Positions 9,834 through 19,970 of a DNA stretch of 64,000 bases are shown one piece after another (position 1 is the first letter of the stretch; each line of letters opens with the position of its first letter). The notes under the pieces were generated by a model, which worked only from the letters and a program-made list of their open reading frames with translations, was not told where the DNA came from and did not search any database. The DNA comes from an uncultured Methylomirabilota bacterium (lineage in GTDB: Bacteria; Methylomirabilota; Methylomirabilia; Methylomirabilales; 2-02-FULL-66-22). The position numbers were made by a program, and so were the translations under genes. The DNA is taken from contig OY970067.1 in the NCBI GenBank assembly GCA_963705305.1, positions 1,056,001 to 1,120,000 of the forward strand, written 5' to 3'.

Positions 9834-12362
9834 CTACGCCTGGGCGAGCAAGCCGAGCTTTCCCTCGTAGATGAACGTCCGGGCGTTCTCGGCGATCACC
9901 TCGGGATCAACCTGCAGCCGGGCCACACCGGTCTCCATGGCGGCCGTGGCCACCGCCTTGGCGACGGCCACCGGCACGCGGAAGTCCAGCATGTAGGGCA
10001 GGATGTACTCCGGCTTCAGCTCCTTCGCGCTCACCAGGTTCGCGATGGCGTGGGCCGCCGCGATCTTCATGGCGTCGTTGATCTCGCGGGCGCGGACATC
10101 CAGGGCGCCGCGGAAGATGCCCGGGAAGCCCAGGGAGTTGTTCACCTGGTTCTCGAAGTCCGACCGGCCGGTGGCCACCACGGCGGCCCCGCCGGCCTTG
10201 GCCTCCTCCGGAAAGATCTCGGGGACGGGGTTCGCCATGGCGAAAATGATGGGGTCCTTCGCCATCGTCCGCACCATCTCCGGGGTCACCGCCTTGGCCA
10301 CCGAGAGCCCGACGAACACGTCGGCCCCCACCAGGGCGTCGGCCAGCGCGCCGCTGCGGCGCTCCTTGTTCGTGATGCAGGCCATCTCGGCCTTGACCGG
10401 GTTCATCCCCTTGGGCCGCCCTTCGACCACGATCCCCTGGCTGTCGCACAGGATCAGGTCCTTCACGCCGACCTTCAGGAACAGCCGGGCCACGGCGATG
10501 GAGGCGGCCCCGGCCCCGTTCAGGACCACGCGGGCGTCGGCCACGCTCCGCCCGGTGATCTTCAGGGCGTTCAGGAGCGCTGCCAGCACGATGACCGCCG
10601 TCCCGTGCTGGTCGTCGTGCATGACCGGGATATCCAGCTCTTTCTTGAGCCGGTCCTCGACCGCGAAGCAGCGCGGTGCGGCAATGTCCTCCAGATTGAT
10701 GCCGCCGAAGACCGGGGAGATGGCCTTGACCACCGCCACGATCTCCTCAACGTCCTGGGTGGCGATGCAGACCGGGAAGGCCTCCACGCCGCCGAAGGTC
10801 TTGAAGAGCACGGCCTTGCCCTCCATGACGGGCATGGCGGCCCGGGCGCCAATGTTGCCGAGACCAAGGACCGCGCTCCCGTCCGAGACCACCGCCACCA
10901 GGTTCCCCTTGGCGGTGAGGTCGTAGACCTTGGCCGGGTCCTTCAGGATGGCCTCGGCGGGCAGCGTCGAGCCGGGGGGCAGGTACAGCAGGCTCAAGAT
11001 GTTGGCGTCCCGGATGGGCACTTTGCTCACCACCTGGAGCTTCCCGCGGAAGCGGCGATGCAGGTCCAGGGCTTCCTCTTTTTGCGTGAGCGGCTTTCCG
11101 GCGGCTCGGGGCTCGACCGGGAAGCTGCCCTCGTAGATAAAGCGCTGGAGCCGATCCTCGATCTCGGCCGGCTCCATGGTCTTGCGGGCATCGCCCGCGG
11201 CCATGGCCACCTTCGCCACGGCGACGGCGAGGGCGCGGGCGACCCGATATTCGAAGATCGGCGGGATGATCCGCTCGGGACCCATCTGGTCGGCGGGCAC
11301 GCAGTCGGCCAGGGCCTTGGCGGCCGCCAGCAGCATCTGGGTGGTGACGTTGCGGGCTTGGACGTCCAGGAGCCCGCGCAGCACCCCCGGGAAGACCAGC
11401 GCAATGTCGAGCTGGTTCGGGTAATCCGATCGGCCCGTCGCCACGATTGCGGCCCCGGCCTGCTTGGCCTCGGCGGGCGTAATCTCCGGCGTGGGGACCG
11501 CCAGGGCGAACACGATCGCATCCCGCGCCATGGACGAGACGCATGCGGGCGAGACGGCGCCGGCCGCCGACAGGCCAATCAGCACGTCGGCGCCGCGCAC
11601 CGCCTCGGCCAGCGGCCCGCTGAAATCGTGCGGGTTGGTCTGACGCGCGATCTCCGCCTTGGCCCAGTTCATGTTGGTCGGCCGGTACTTGTGAATGGCG
11701 CCGGCCCGGTCGCAGACGACGACGTTCTGGGCCCCCGCGGCCGCCAGGAGGCGCGCCGTGCCGATCCCGGCCGACCCGGCGCCGAGGATGATGATGCGGG
11801 CGTCCTCCAGCCGCTTCCCCACCAGCGGCAGGGCGTTGGTGAGCCCCGCCAGGACCATCACGCCGGCGCCGTGCGCGTGGTTGTGGAAGATTGGGACGTT
11901 CACGGCCCGCTGCAGCCGATCCTCTAGCGAGAAACAGTTCGGGGAGGCGATGTCTTCCAGGCAAAAGGCGCCGAAGGTGGGCGCCAGCATGGTCACGCTC
12001 TGGACCAGTTCGTCGAGGGTGCGCACCTCGAGACACATGGGCAGCGCATCGATCCCGGCGAATGTCTTGAAGATGACCGACTTCCCCTCCATGGCCGGCA
12101 AAGCGGCCCGCGGTCCCGGAGAGCCCATGCCGAAGAGCGCCGAGCCATCGGTGATCAGCGCCACCGTGTTGCCGCGGCAGGTGTACTCGAACGAGGCCTG
12201 GGGGTCCTTGTGGATGGCGAGACACGGCTCGGCGACCCCCGGGGTGTAGACGAGGCTCAGCGTGGCCCGGTCCTTGACCGGGACCTTGCTCTCCACCCCG
12301 ATCAAGCCTCGATGCCGGTAGCGGTAGTCCAATGCCTCCTGGGCGTCGTGCTGATGCGACAT
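9834..12362 (-). CDS. Malic enzyme made of two tandem small-ME units
   Basis: Two copies of the DGSA-MEGK-LEDI-GAG-ATGRSD framework; RBS GAAAGGAG before MSHQH. Confidence 0.92.
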   Translation of the reverse strand: MSHQHDAQEALDYRYRHRGLIGVESKVPVKDRATLSLVYTPGVAEPCLAIHKDPQASFEYTCRGNTVALITDGSALFGMGSPGPRAALPAMEGKSVIFKTFAGIDALPMCLEVRTLDELVQSVTMLAPTFGAFCLEDIASPNCFSLEDRLQRAVNVPIFHNHAHGAGVMVLAGLTNALPLVGKRLEDARIIILGAGSAGIGTARLLAAAGAQNVVVCDRAGAIHKYRPTNMNWAKAEIARQTNPHDFSGPLAEAVRGADVLIGLSAAGAVSPACVSSMARDAIVFALAVPTPEITPAEAKQAGAAIVATGRSDYPNQLDIALVFPGVLRGLLDVQARNVTTQMLLAAAKALADCVPADQMGPERIIPPIFEYRVARALAVAVAKVAMAAGDARKTMEPAEIEDRLQRFIYEGSFPVEPRAAGKPLTQKEEALDLHRRFRGKLQVVSKVPIRDANILSLLYLPPGSTLPAEAILKDPAKVYDLTAKGNLVAVVSDGSAVLGLGNIGARAAMPVMEGKAVLFKTFGGVEAFPVCIATQDVEEIVAVVKAISPVFGGINLEDIAAPRCFAVEDRLKKELDIPVMHDDQHGTAVIVLAALLNALKITGRSVADARVVLNGAGAASIAVARLFLKVGVKDLILCDSQGIVVEGRPKGMNPVKAEMACITNKERRSGALADALVGADVFVGLSVAKAVTPEMVRTMAKDPIIFAMANPVPEIFPEEAKAGGAAVVATGRSDFENQVNNSLGFPGIFRGALDVRAREINDAMKIAAAHAIANLVSAKELKPEYILPYMLDFRVPVAVAKAVATAAMETGVARLQVDPEVIAENARTFIYEGKLGLLAQA

Positions 12363-12416
12363 GGGCGACTCCTTTCCCGTTGCGAGCTGCGCCACGGCTT
12401 CCTGGCCGGCGAGCCG

Positions 12417-13799
12417 TCAGGCGTGCGCGGGCGCGGTCTTTCGGCTACGGATCTCCTCTTCCTTTCCGACCTCCGACAGCTCGAGGTGCTTCGTCTCGGG
12501 CGAGAACATCAAGCTGACGAAGGTGATCACGGCGCCGACGGTCAGGATCACGGCCGGCGAGAGCCACATGTCCTGCCCCTCGATGGCACTGATGAACGGA
12601 ATCTTGTGGGCCCACCACACATAGATGCTGAACCAGGCGCCGATGAGCGCGCCCGCCGAGTAGCCGAAGCCCACCCCGGCGGCCCGCCGCTGGGTGGGGA
12701 ACCGCTCACAGAGATAGGCGGGGACAATGCCCCAGGCCAGCTTCAGCATGGCTGCCATGGTCGTGCCCAGGACCGCCATCCAGAGGTCCCGCGCGACGGC
12801 GGCATGATACAGGACATAGTAGACGGGGATCCCGAAGACCACCAGAAAGACGCAGTACCACTGGGTCAGGATCTTCCGGCCGGTGAAATCCGACAGCCAG
12901 CCGTACAGGTTGTACCCGAGAAACGCCATGAAGAGGGCAAAGCCGTAGATCAGGCTGTACGTGGTGGTGTCGAAGCCGCGGCCCTGGAGGGTCAGGATGT
13001 TTGGCAGGAATCCATAGACCGAGTAGTCGGTGAGGAACAGCCCGGTCATGAAGGCGAAGACCTGCAGGAAGGTCCACAGCGCGGGCGGCTTGAAGAGGCT
13101 GAAGAACGGGGACTTCTCGATGACCCCCGCCTTCTTGGTCTTCTCGAATTCCGGCGATTCATGCAGGACCCGCCGGATGTACAGCGCCAGGAATACCGGC
13201 ACGACACCCGTGATGAACGTGATCCGCCAGCCGTATGCCGCCATCGCCTCTCGTCCCAGTCCGGCGGCGATCGCGGCGAAGACGAGGGAGGCGAACACGT
13301 AGCCCAGGGCGAAGCCCGACTGGACGAAGCCGCCAATCGCCCCCCGGCGGGCGCGCGGCGCGTGCTCGATGGCGAAGGTGTGTCCGACCGCGTACTCACC
13401 CCCGAAGAAGCAGCCCATCAGGAACCGCAGGACGCAGAAAAGCACATACGCCCACACGCCGATCTCGGCGTAGGTGGGCAAAAGGCCGCCCAGCACCGAC
13501 ATCACGCCGACGCCGCCGATGGTGAGCATCAGCAGGAAGCGGCGGCCGACCTTGTCGCCGTAGTGGCCGAAGAAGGCCGAGCCGACCGGCCGCGCCGCCA
13601 TGGTGATGGAGTAGGTGAAGAGAATGGTGATGTACTGCCACGCAGCGCTGCCTTTGGGTGACGCGAAGACCTTCACCAAGATCGGGGCCATGACGATCAC
13701 GAGCGCCATGTCGTACGCGTCCATCATGAACCCGAGCATCTGCGAGACCATTGCCAGCTTGGCATCCCGTGTGAGTGTGGAACTCGCCTCGTTCGCCAT
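12417..13799 (-). CDS. MFS transporter (metabolite:H+ or carboxylate symporter-like)
   Basis: About 12 TM segments, DAYD, GDKVGRR, LSDFTGRK motifs. Confidence 0.9.
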   Translation of the reverse strand: MANEASSTLTRDAKLAMVSQMLGFMMDAYDMALVIVMAPILVKVFASPKGSAAWQYITILFTYSITMAARPVGSAFFGHYGDKVGRRFLLMLTIGGVGVMSVLGGLLPTYAEIGVWAYVLFCVLRFLMGCFFGGEYAVGHTFAIEHAPRARRGAIGGFVQSGFALGYVFASLVFAAIAAGLGREAMAAYGWRITFITGVVPVFLALYIRRVLHESPEFEKTKKAGVIEKSPFFSLFKPPALWTFLQVFAFMTGLFLTDYSVYGFLPNILTLQGRGFDTTTYSLIYGFALFMAFLGYNLYGWLSDFTGRKILTQWYCVFLVVFGIPVYYVLYHAAVARDLWMAVLGTTMAAMLKLAWGIVPAYLCERFPTQRRAAGVGFGYSAGALIGAWFSIYVWWAHKIPFISAIEGQDMWLSPAVILTVGAVITFVSLMFSPETKHLELSEVGKEEEIRSRKTAPAHA

Positions 13800-13885
13800 G
13801 TTGGAGCTCCTTCTGGTCGTGCAGGCCCAATGCGACGCGCCCCAGCCCCTGCGGCGGGGCGGACCCCCTTCCGGCGCGGAGACCT

Positions 13886-14266
13886 TCAAGCAGGCTCGGA
13901 GGCCGATGGGGCGGCCGTGGCGGCCGCCAGCCCCCGCAGGTGGGCCCGCGGGCGAAAGATCGCGCGCTCAGGGTGGGAAGCCGCCCCCAACCGAAGGCGG
14001 CTGGCCGGCTTCCCCGTCTGCGTGGTTGTGCCCAGGTGGAGGGGGGAGAGCGGGCGGCGGGGAGTTTCCGGGGCGAGCAGCGCCGCGTCGATTTGCGCCG
14101 CGTCGGCCGGGCCGTAGACAAGCAAGGCAAACGGGACGACGGTGAGGGAATCGAAATCCGGGAGATCCAGGGCCAGGCAAAAGGCGAGCACCAGAAGCCC
14201 GAGGAACCACACTGTGCCCTCTGCCCCCGATCGTCGCCGGCGGCCGAATTTCGCCGTGTTCTTCAC
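13886..14266 (-). CDS. Hypothetical protein with one hydrophobic segment
   Basis: GGAGG RBS, TM-like FLGLLVLAFCLAL, first ORF before the MFS gene. Confidence 0.4.
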   Translation of the reverse strand: MKNTAKFGRRRRSGAEGTVWFLGLLVLAFCLALDLPDFDSLTVVPFALLVYGPADAAQIDAALLAPETPRRPLSPLHLGTTTQTGKPASRLRLGAASHPERAIFRPRAHLRGLAAATAAPSASEPA

Positions 14267-14436
14267 GCGTTAGCCTCCGCCCCGGAAACAAGACCCCCGA
14301 CCGTAGCCTCGTCGGGGAAGGCTTGCACTCGCAATGGCCAACGCGTGGAGAAAACGGTCATGGCCGTTATCCCGTGCCCTGGGCGCCACTCGTGCTTCTG
14401 TACGCGGAAGTATGGACCTCCGGCAGGAACGAGGTA

Positions 14437-14507
14437 TCGGGAGAACACCGGATTTTTCGAGAATTTCATGGGGGAAGCCCCTGCGGTGAGATCAGGGAGA
14501 ACCCTGA
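14437..14507. promoter_or_regulatory. Three NarL/NreC-type 16-bp palindromic boxes
   Basis: TCAGGG-AGAA-CCCTGA at 14492-14507 (perfect), TGGGGG-AAGC-CCCTGC at 14469-14484, TCGGGA-GAAC-ACCGGA at 14437-14452. Confidence 0.5.
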
Positions 14508-14688
14508 ACGAGGTCTCGCGATCGCGGTTCGGAGGCCCACACAAAGGGCGCCGGGCGCTTGACGGAGGTTGTTGGAACTGCTAGAAGGACGCCGGGAGGA
14601 GGGGTGCGAGCCAAATCGATCGCCGGCTCGCCGCGGCTGCGAAGAGTTGCGGAACAGGTGGTCCGGGCATGTCCTCAAGGGGCCACCC

Positions 14689-16971
14689 ATGAGCAACGAG
14701 GCGAATGGGCGCAATCCCTGCCTCCAGGGTGGGAATGACGGGATGGAATCCCGCCCAGCCCAGGAGGAGGCGCGCCTCTGTATCCGGCGGCTCGAAGCGG
14801 TCTGCGCTTTCTGTCGGGAAATCACCTCCGAGTCCGACCTGCCTGCGCTTCTCGGTCTCATTCCCCGGCGATCCTGCGAACTCTTGGGTGCGGACTCGGC
14901 TGCGCTGTGGGTGTATGACGAGCAAGCCGAAACGCTCTCGCCTTCCGTCTGGCCCCCGGATGACCGGTGGCCGCAGGATCTGCGGCTCCGCCTCGGCGAA
15001 GGAGTCGCGGGAACGGCGGCCGCGCGCCGTGAGGGCCTCACCGTCAATTGCTACCGCACCTCTCCCTGGGCCCTTCCGTTCTTCCTCGATCACACCCGCG
15101 TGAGCGCCCTGATGGCCGAGCCGCTGCTCTCCGGCGATCGGCTGCTGGGCGTCATCGCGCTCGGCACCGACGACCCGGCGCAGGTCTTCACCAGCGACGA
15201 TCGCCGGGCGCTGGCGCTTCTCGCCCCCCACGCCGCCATCGCGCTGGAGGACGCCCGGCTCCAGACCGCCACCCTCCGGCGTTGGAACGAGTCCCAGGCC
15301 CTCCTGCAGGGGGCCCGGGGTCTCATGGGGACCCTGGAGCTGCCGGGTGTGCTGTCCCCCCTGGTCGCCGAAGCCGCCAGGATGACGGGGAGTTCCGTCG
15401 CGGTATACGTGCTGAACGCCGAGGAGGGCGCGCTCGAGCTGGGAGCGCAATCGGAGGAGGGACTACTGTCGGCGGGGCCCTGCTGTCCGATCGGCTCGGG
15501 CCTGTCCGGACTCGTCGCCGAAAGGTGCGCCCCCATCTTCAGCCCCGATGTCACGGCCGATCCCCGCAATCCGACCCGCGCGCGCGACAAGAGGCTGGGG
15601 TTTCGCACCTACCTGGGGCTTCCCTTGATGATCCGAAATGCGCTGGTCGGCGTGCTGGCCCTCTACACGCGGGAAGCTCGCGCATATACCGCCGAGCAGC
15701 TCGCCTACCTCGGCTCCTTCGCCGGCCAGGCCGCGCTCGGCATTGAGAACGCGCGCCTTCACGCCGAGGCGGCACGCCAGCAGCGGGAGGCGGAGCTCTT
15801 CGCCGACCTCACGACCCAGCTCAACGCGTCCCTCGACCTGGACACGGTGCTTTCCCAGGTCGCCGCGGCGGCCCGCGAACTGTGCGCGGCGGACTTGGCC
15901 CAGTTGGCGCTGCGCGACGCCGACTCCGGGGCGCTCGTCTTCCGCTACCTCGCCGGGACCCGGTACGAAGATTACGATCAGGTCCGCATCGAGCCCGGCA
16001 AGGGCGTCGGGGGCCGCGTCCTGGTCAGCGGGGAGCCGTTCCGGACCGCCAACTACGCCGGGGACACCCGCATCACCAAGGATTACCTGGAGCGCATGCT
16101 GGCCGAGGGCATGGTCGCGGTGCTGGCTGTGCCGATCAAGAGCGCCGACCTCCCGGAGGGGGTTCTGTACGCCTATAACCGCACGTCGCGCCCCTTCTCG
16201 GATCGGGACGAGGCCACCCTGCTCCGACTGGCGGCCCAGGCGGCGGTCGCCATTAAGAATGCCCAGCTCTATCAGGAGCTCCGGACACACCGGGATACGC
16301 TTCGGTCGCTCTCGGCCAAGATCGTCACCGTGCGGGAGGAAGAGGCCAAGCGGATGGCCCGCGAACTGCACGACGAAGTGGGCCAGACGTTGACGTCGGT
16401 GCTGCTCGGCCTCCAAGGCCTGCAGACGCTCGATGACGCGGCAGAGGTGGGCGGGCGGGCCCGCGAGATCGCCGGCCTGGTCAAGGCAAGCCTGGAGGAG
16501 GTTCACCGGATCGTCCAGGCGCTCCGGCCCACGGCGCTGGACCATGCCGGGCTGGTGCCCGCGCTGGAGCGCCACATCCAGGTCCAGGCGGCAGCCACGG
16601 GGCTGCGGATCGATTTTTGCGCCCCGGGCGTCGAGGGCCTGCCCCTGCCGGACGAGGTGGCCAGCACACTCTTTCGCATCGTCCAGGAGGCGCTGACCAA
16701 CGTGGCCAAACACGCGGATGCGCGCTCGGTCACCGTGATGCTGGCCCGGCGCGGCAGCCGCCTGGCGCTGACGGTCGAGGACGATGGCCGCGGCTTCGAT
16801 CCCACCGAGCTGCGCCGTGTGGGTGGGGCCGATCCAGGCCTTGGCCTGGTCGGCATCGAGGAGCGGACCCAGCACCTGGGGGGTGAGCTCAAGGTGCAGT
16901 CCGCCCGGGGGAACGGGACCACCCTGGTGGTGGAGATCCCGCTCTCGTCCATGGAGGGTGAATCCCGGTGA
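14689..16971 (+). CDS. Soluble histidine kinase with three GAF domains and HisKA_3 (NreB/NarX-type core)
   Basis: Three GAF repeats ending AAIA(L/I)xNA, ARELHDEVGQ, QEALTNVAKHA, DDGRGF. Confidence 0.92.
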   Translation: MSNEANGRNPCLQGGNDGMESRPAQEEARLCIRRLEAVCAFCREITSESDLPALLGLIPRRSCELLGADSAALWVYDEQAETLSPSVWPPDDRWPQDLRLRLGEGVAGTAAARREGLTVNCYRTSPWALPFFLDHTRVSALMAEPLLSGDRLLGVIALGTDDPAQVFTSDDRRALALLAPHAAIALEDARLQTATLRRWNESQALLQGARGLMGTLELPGVLSPLVAEAARMTGSSVAVYVLNAEEGALELGAQSEEGLLSAGPCCPIGSGLSGLVAERCAPIFSPDVTADPRNPTRARDKRLGFRTYLGLPLMIRNALVGVLALYTREARAYTAEQLAYLGSFAGQAALGIENARLHAEAARQQREAELFADLTTQLNASLDLDTVLSQVAAAARELCAADLAQLALRDADSGALVFRYLAGTRYEDYDQVRIEPGKGVGGRVLVSGEPFRTANYAGDTRITKDYLERMLAEGMVAVLAVPIKSADLPEGVLYAYNRTSRPFSDRDEATLLRLAAQAAVAIKNAQLYQELRTHRDTLRSLSAKIVTVREEEAKRMARELHDEVGQTLTSVLLGLQGLQTLDDAAEVGGRAREIAGLVKASLEEVHRIVQALRPTALDHAGLVPALERHIQVQAAATGLRIDFCAPGVEGLPLPDEVASTLFRIVQEALTNVAKHADARSVTVMLARRGSRLALTVEDDGRGFDPTELRRVGGADPGLGLVGIEERTQHLGGELKVQSARGNGTTLVVEIPLSSMEGESR

Positions 16972-17639
16972 AGAAGATGCGCATCCTGGTGGTGGACGAC
17001 CACCCCATTGTTCGCAACGGCCTCCGCGGCCTCCTCAACGCCCAGGCCGACATGGAGGTCGTTGGTGAGGCGGGCGACGCAGGCGAGACACTGGCCCTGG
17101 CCGAGCGGCTGCGACCCGACATCGTGCTCCTCGACCTCAACCTGCCGGGGGGCGGTGGCCTGCCGATCATCCGCGTCGTAAAGGAGAAAGTCCCGGGAGC
17201 CCGTGTGCTGGTGCTGACGATGCAGGAAGACTTGGCGGTCGTCCGCGATGCGCTGCGCGCAGGGGGATCCGGGTACCTGGTCAAGAAGGCGGTGGATGCC
17301 GAGTTGCTCCTGGCGCTGCGGGCCGTCCAGCGCGGCGAGATCTACGTCCACTCCTCCCTGACGCAGGCGCTGTGGACCGGCGCGACCCCGGGCTCACCGT
17401 CGGAGACTCCCCCGGCGGACCGCTTCGAGCTGCTGAGCAAGCGGGAGAAGGAAACCTTCCAGTGGCTCGTCCGCGGCTACAGCAACCAGGAGATCGCCGA
17501 CAAGCTCTGCGTCAGCGTGAAGACGGTGGAGAGCCACCGTGCGCACGTGCTCGAGAAGCTCTCCCTCCACTCCCGCGCCGATCTCGTCCGCTACGCTCTG
17601 AGCCACAGCCTCCTGACCTTGGACGAATCCCCCCGGTAG
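16968..17639 (+). CDS. NarL/NreC-family response regulator
   Basis: VVDDHPIVR receiver and LSKRE...SVKTVESHR LuxR HTH. Confidence 0.95.
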   Translation: MKKMRILVVDDHPIVRNGLRGLLNAQADMEVVGEAGDAGETLALAERLRPDIVLLDLNLPGGGGLPIIRVVKEKVPGARVLVLTMQEDLAVVRDALRAGGSGYLVKKAVDAELLLALRAVQRGEIYVHSSLTQALWTGATPGSPSETPPADRFELLSKREKETFQWLVRGYSNQEIADKLCVSVKTVESHRAHVLEKLSLHSRADLVRYALSHSLLTLDESPR

Positions 17640-17725
17640 CCGGCTCGCCCGGCGGGCGGCCGCGCTCATCGTCAGGCGAGGCCGGCATGCGTCACCGCCG
17701 ACACGGCGGAAGCGTGCCGCTGCGG

Positions 17726-19915
17726 CTACGGACCGGACGGCGGAGGCGGATCTTCCGGCAGCTCCGAGCCGGGCGCCCCGCTCGAGGAGGCATCCAGCTG
17801 CCCGCTCTCCAAAAGGCGCTCGTACTCGCGGGGGTGTTCGTGCCGCAGCATGTCCTCCGAGATCCTGCCGGTCAGCCAGCTCCAGTTCATGGGATAAACG
17901 TCCGGTTTGAAGATCACGAAGTAGAAGTGCCAGACGAGGATGGCCAGTGTGGCCAGCCAGGCCTCGTAGTAGTGGACCATGGTGATGAGGTCGACCACCC
18001 ACAGCGGAAGGAAGCGGAGGGTGATGTTGACGAACCAGAGCATGAGCCCGGTCGTGATCATGACGCAGGAGCCCCAGATCAACGCCCAGTACTCTCCCTT
18101 CTCCACGTAGCCGAAGCGATCGAAGCGCGGCGGCTCGGCCCGCAGGTGCAGGAGGTACAGGACGTTCAGGACGGCGTCCTTGGCGTCCTGGTAGCGGGGC
18201 CGCATGTCCAGAAAATAGGCGCGCCCCTGGCGGGTGCCCAGGTATCCCAAGTGCCACAGGCCGGTCAGGATCAGGACGACGCCCGCCCCGCGATGGATCC
18301 AGCCGCGGAACAGATAGCCGTTCTCCAGGCGGGTGAACCAGTGGAAGGGCCAGGACTCCGGGAACTTCAAGGCAAAGCCCGTGTACACCAGGACGATGAA
18401 GCTCACGAAAAGCAGTCCGTGCTGCCAGCGCTCGGGGGCGCTCATGCGCGTGAACCACCGCTGGGAGCCCCGCGCGCCCGGCGTCTCGGGCTCGTGGTTG
18501 TACTGGCCGGCCGCCAGGGTCGCGCCGCTCCCGCCGCGCCGGCGATAATCCCGCCGCAGCTTGTTCGCGAAGTCCAGGCCGTTGTGCAACGCCATCCCGC
18601 CGATCGTGAACAGGATCAGCCACAGATAGAACCGGCGGGCATAGTACAGGATGGGATTCTGCCCCTCGGAAGGGGATAGGTGCATCGGCCCCTCGGCGAA
18701 GTTGGCGCTCGCACCGGGATGGCACTTCCCGCACGTCTCGGGCAGGTTGATCTTGTTGATGGAGGAGCGGGGGTCGCTGGACGGGAGGATCAGATGGTTC
18801 CCATGGCAGCTGGCGCAGTTCGCGGCGACCGTGGAACCGCCCTGCACCGCCAGCCCGTGGTAGGTGTTGTAGTACGTCTCCACGCGATTGGTCGGAACAT
18901 TGAACTTGGCGACGATCCGCGCCACGCCGTGGCAACTGGCGCATGTTCTGGACACTTGCCTGGCGCTGACCGGAGACTCGGGATTCTGAGCGGCCAGAAT
19001 CCGGTGCTCGCCGTGACAGCCGGTGCAGTCGGGCGCCTCGCCGACCCCTTGGAGCATGGCCGTTCCGTGGATGCTCTCGAGATAGCGCTTGGCCGGCTCC
19101 TGGTGGCATTTCCCGCACGTCTGGGGAATGTTCTTCCGGGAGATGGACGATCGGGAATCCTCTGGCGGGAGGATGTCATGGGCCCGGTGGCAGTTGTTGC
19201 AGGTGGCCGCCGGCTGTCCCAGCTCCACCGCGCGGCTGTGCACACTCTGCGAGTAGAGCTGGTAGGCCTCGGGAATCGGGATCTGGAAGCGCTCCATCAG
19301 GATCTTGTTGCCATGGCAGTGGCCGCATGTTGCCGCCACGTGCTTCCGATTGATCGGAGAATCGGGATTGTCCTGGCTCAGAATGTCGTGCACCTTGCCG
19401 TGGCAGGAGGTGCAGACCGCCGCCTCCTTGATCCCCTTGGCCACCGCCTTGCCGTGCACGCTGTCGTGATATCGGGCGACGACGTCTTCGTGGCACTGCT
19501 CGCACGGCGCAGACCCCAGGGTGGCGGGTAGTTTGATAGCATGGGTGCCGTGGCAGGTCTGGCAATCGAGCTGAGGGCCGCCGGCCTGCCCGTGAACGCT
19601 GTGGCTGAAGGCCGCCGCGGCGTCCCCGTGGCAGGACTTGCAGGAAACCGGCGGGAGCTTCTCGGGGTGGGGGATTTCCTTGACGCCGGCGTGGCAGGCG
19701 GTGCACTGCAGCCCGCTATGAACCGAGCCCTTCAGCAGGGACTCATCCACATAGAGCGAGACTGTCTTGCCTCCGACCTGGCCCCTCATGTCCTTGTCTG
19801 AATGGCAACCGAGGCAATCCTCGTTGCTCGGACCGGCCGCAGGCGCGATCTTGACACCGGTCACGAGGAGCAGGAGGAGGCCAACGATAGTAATGCCCAG
19901 CAGTCTCCGCATCAC
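17726..19915 (-). CDS. CbcL-like fusion of a 13-heme cytochrome c and a cytochrome b domain
   Basis: Signal peptide, 13 CxxCH motifs counted, then a TM cytochrome b domain (RWQH...YTGF...WIHR...EKGEYWA...VHYYEAWLA...WHFY). Confidence 0.88.
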   Translation of the reverse strand: MMRRLLGITIVGLLLLLVTGVKIAPAAGPSNEDCLGCHSDKDMRGQVGGKTVSLYVDESLLKGSVHSGLQCTACHAGVKEIPHPEKLPPVSCKSCHGDAAAAFSHSVHGQAGGPQLDCQTCHGTHAIKLPATLGSAPCEQCHEDVVARYHDSVHGKAVAKGIKEAAVCTSCHGKVHDILSQDNPDSPINRKHVAATCGHCHGNKILMERFQIPIPEAYQLYSQSVHSRAVELGQPAATCNNCHRAHDILPPEDSRSSISRKNIPQTCGKCHQEPAKRYLESIHGTAMLQGVGEAPDCTGCHGEHRILAAQNPESPVSARQVSRTCASCHGVARIVAKFNVPTNRVETYYNTYHGLAVQGGSTVAANCASCHGNHLILPSSDPRSSINKINLPETCGKCHPGASANFAEGPMHLSPSEGQNPILYYARRFYLWLILFTIGGMALHNGLDFANKLRRDYRRRGGSGATLAAGQYNHEPETPGARGSQRWFTRMSAPERWQHGLLFVSFIVLVYTGFALKFPESWPFHWFTRLENGYLFRGWIHRGAGVVLILTGLWHLGYLGTRQGRAYFLDMRPRYQDAKDAVLNVLYLLHLRAEPPRFDRFGYVEKGEYWALIWGSCVMITTGLMLWFVNITLRFLPLWVVDLITMVHYYEAWLATLAILVWHFYFVIFKPDVYPMNWSWLTGRISEDMLRHEHPREYERLLESGQLDASSSGAPGSELPEDPPPPSGP

Positions 19916-19970
19916 CCCTCGCTCCGGTCAATGGCCATAGCCGCAGCTACACGAAGTCTCGGAATCTAAG

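Noticed and set aside
4541..11927. Very long plus-strand ORFs (784 aa, 1084 aa) and similar ones elsewhere
   Set aside because: Antisense shadows of real genes, typical of high-GC codon usage; no recognisable motifs
14260..14345. Hairpin CCCCGAC...GTCGGGG as a riboswitch
   Set aside because: No conserved aptamer motif recognised
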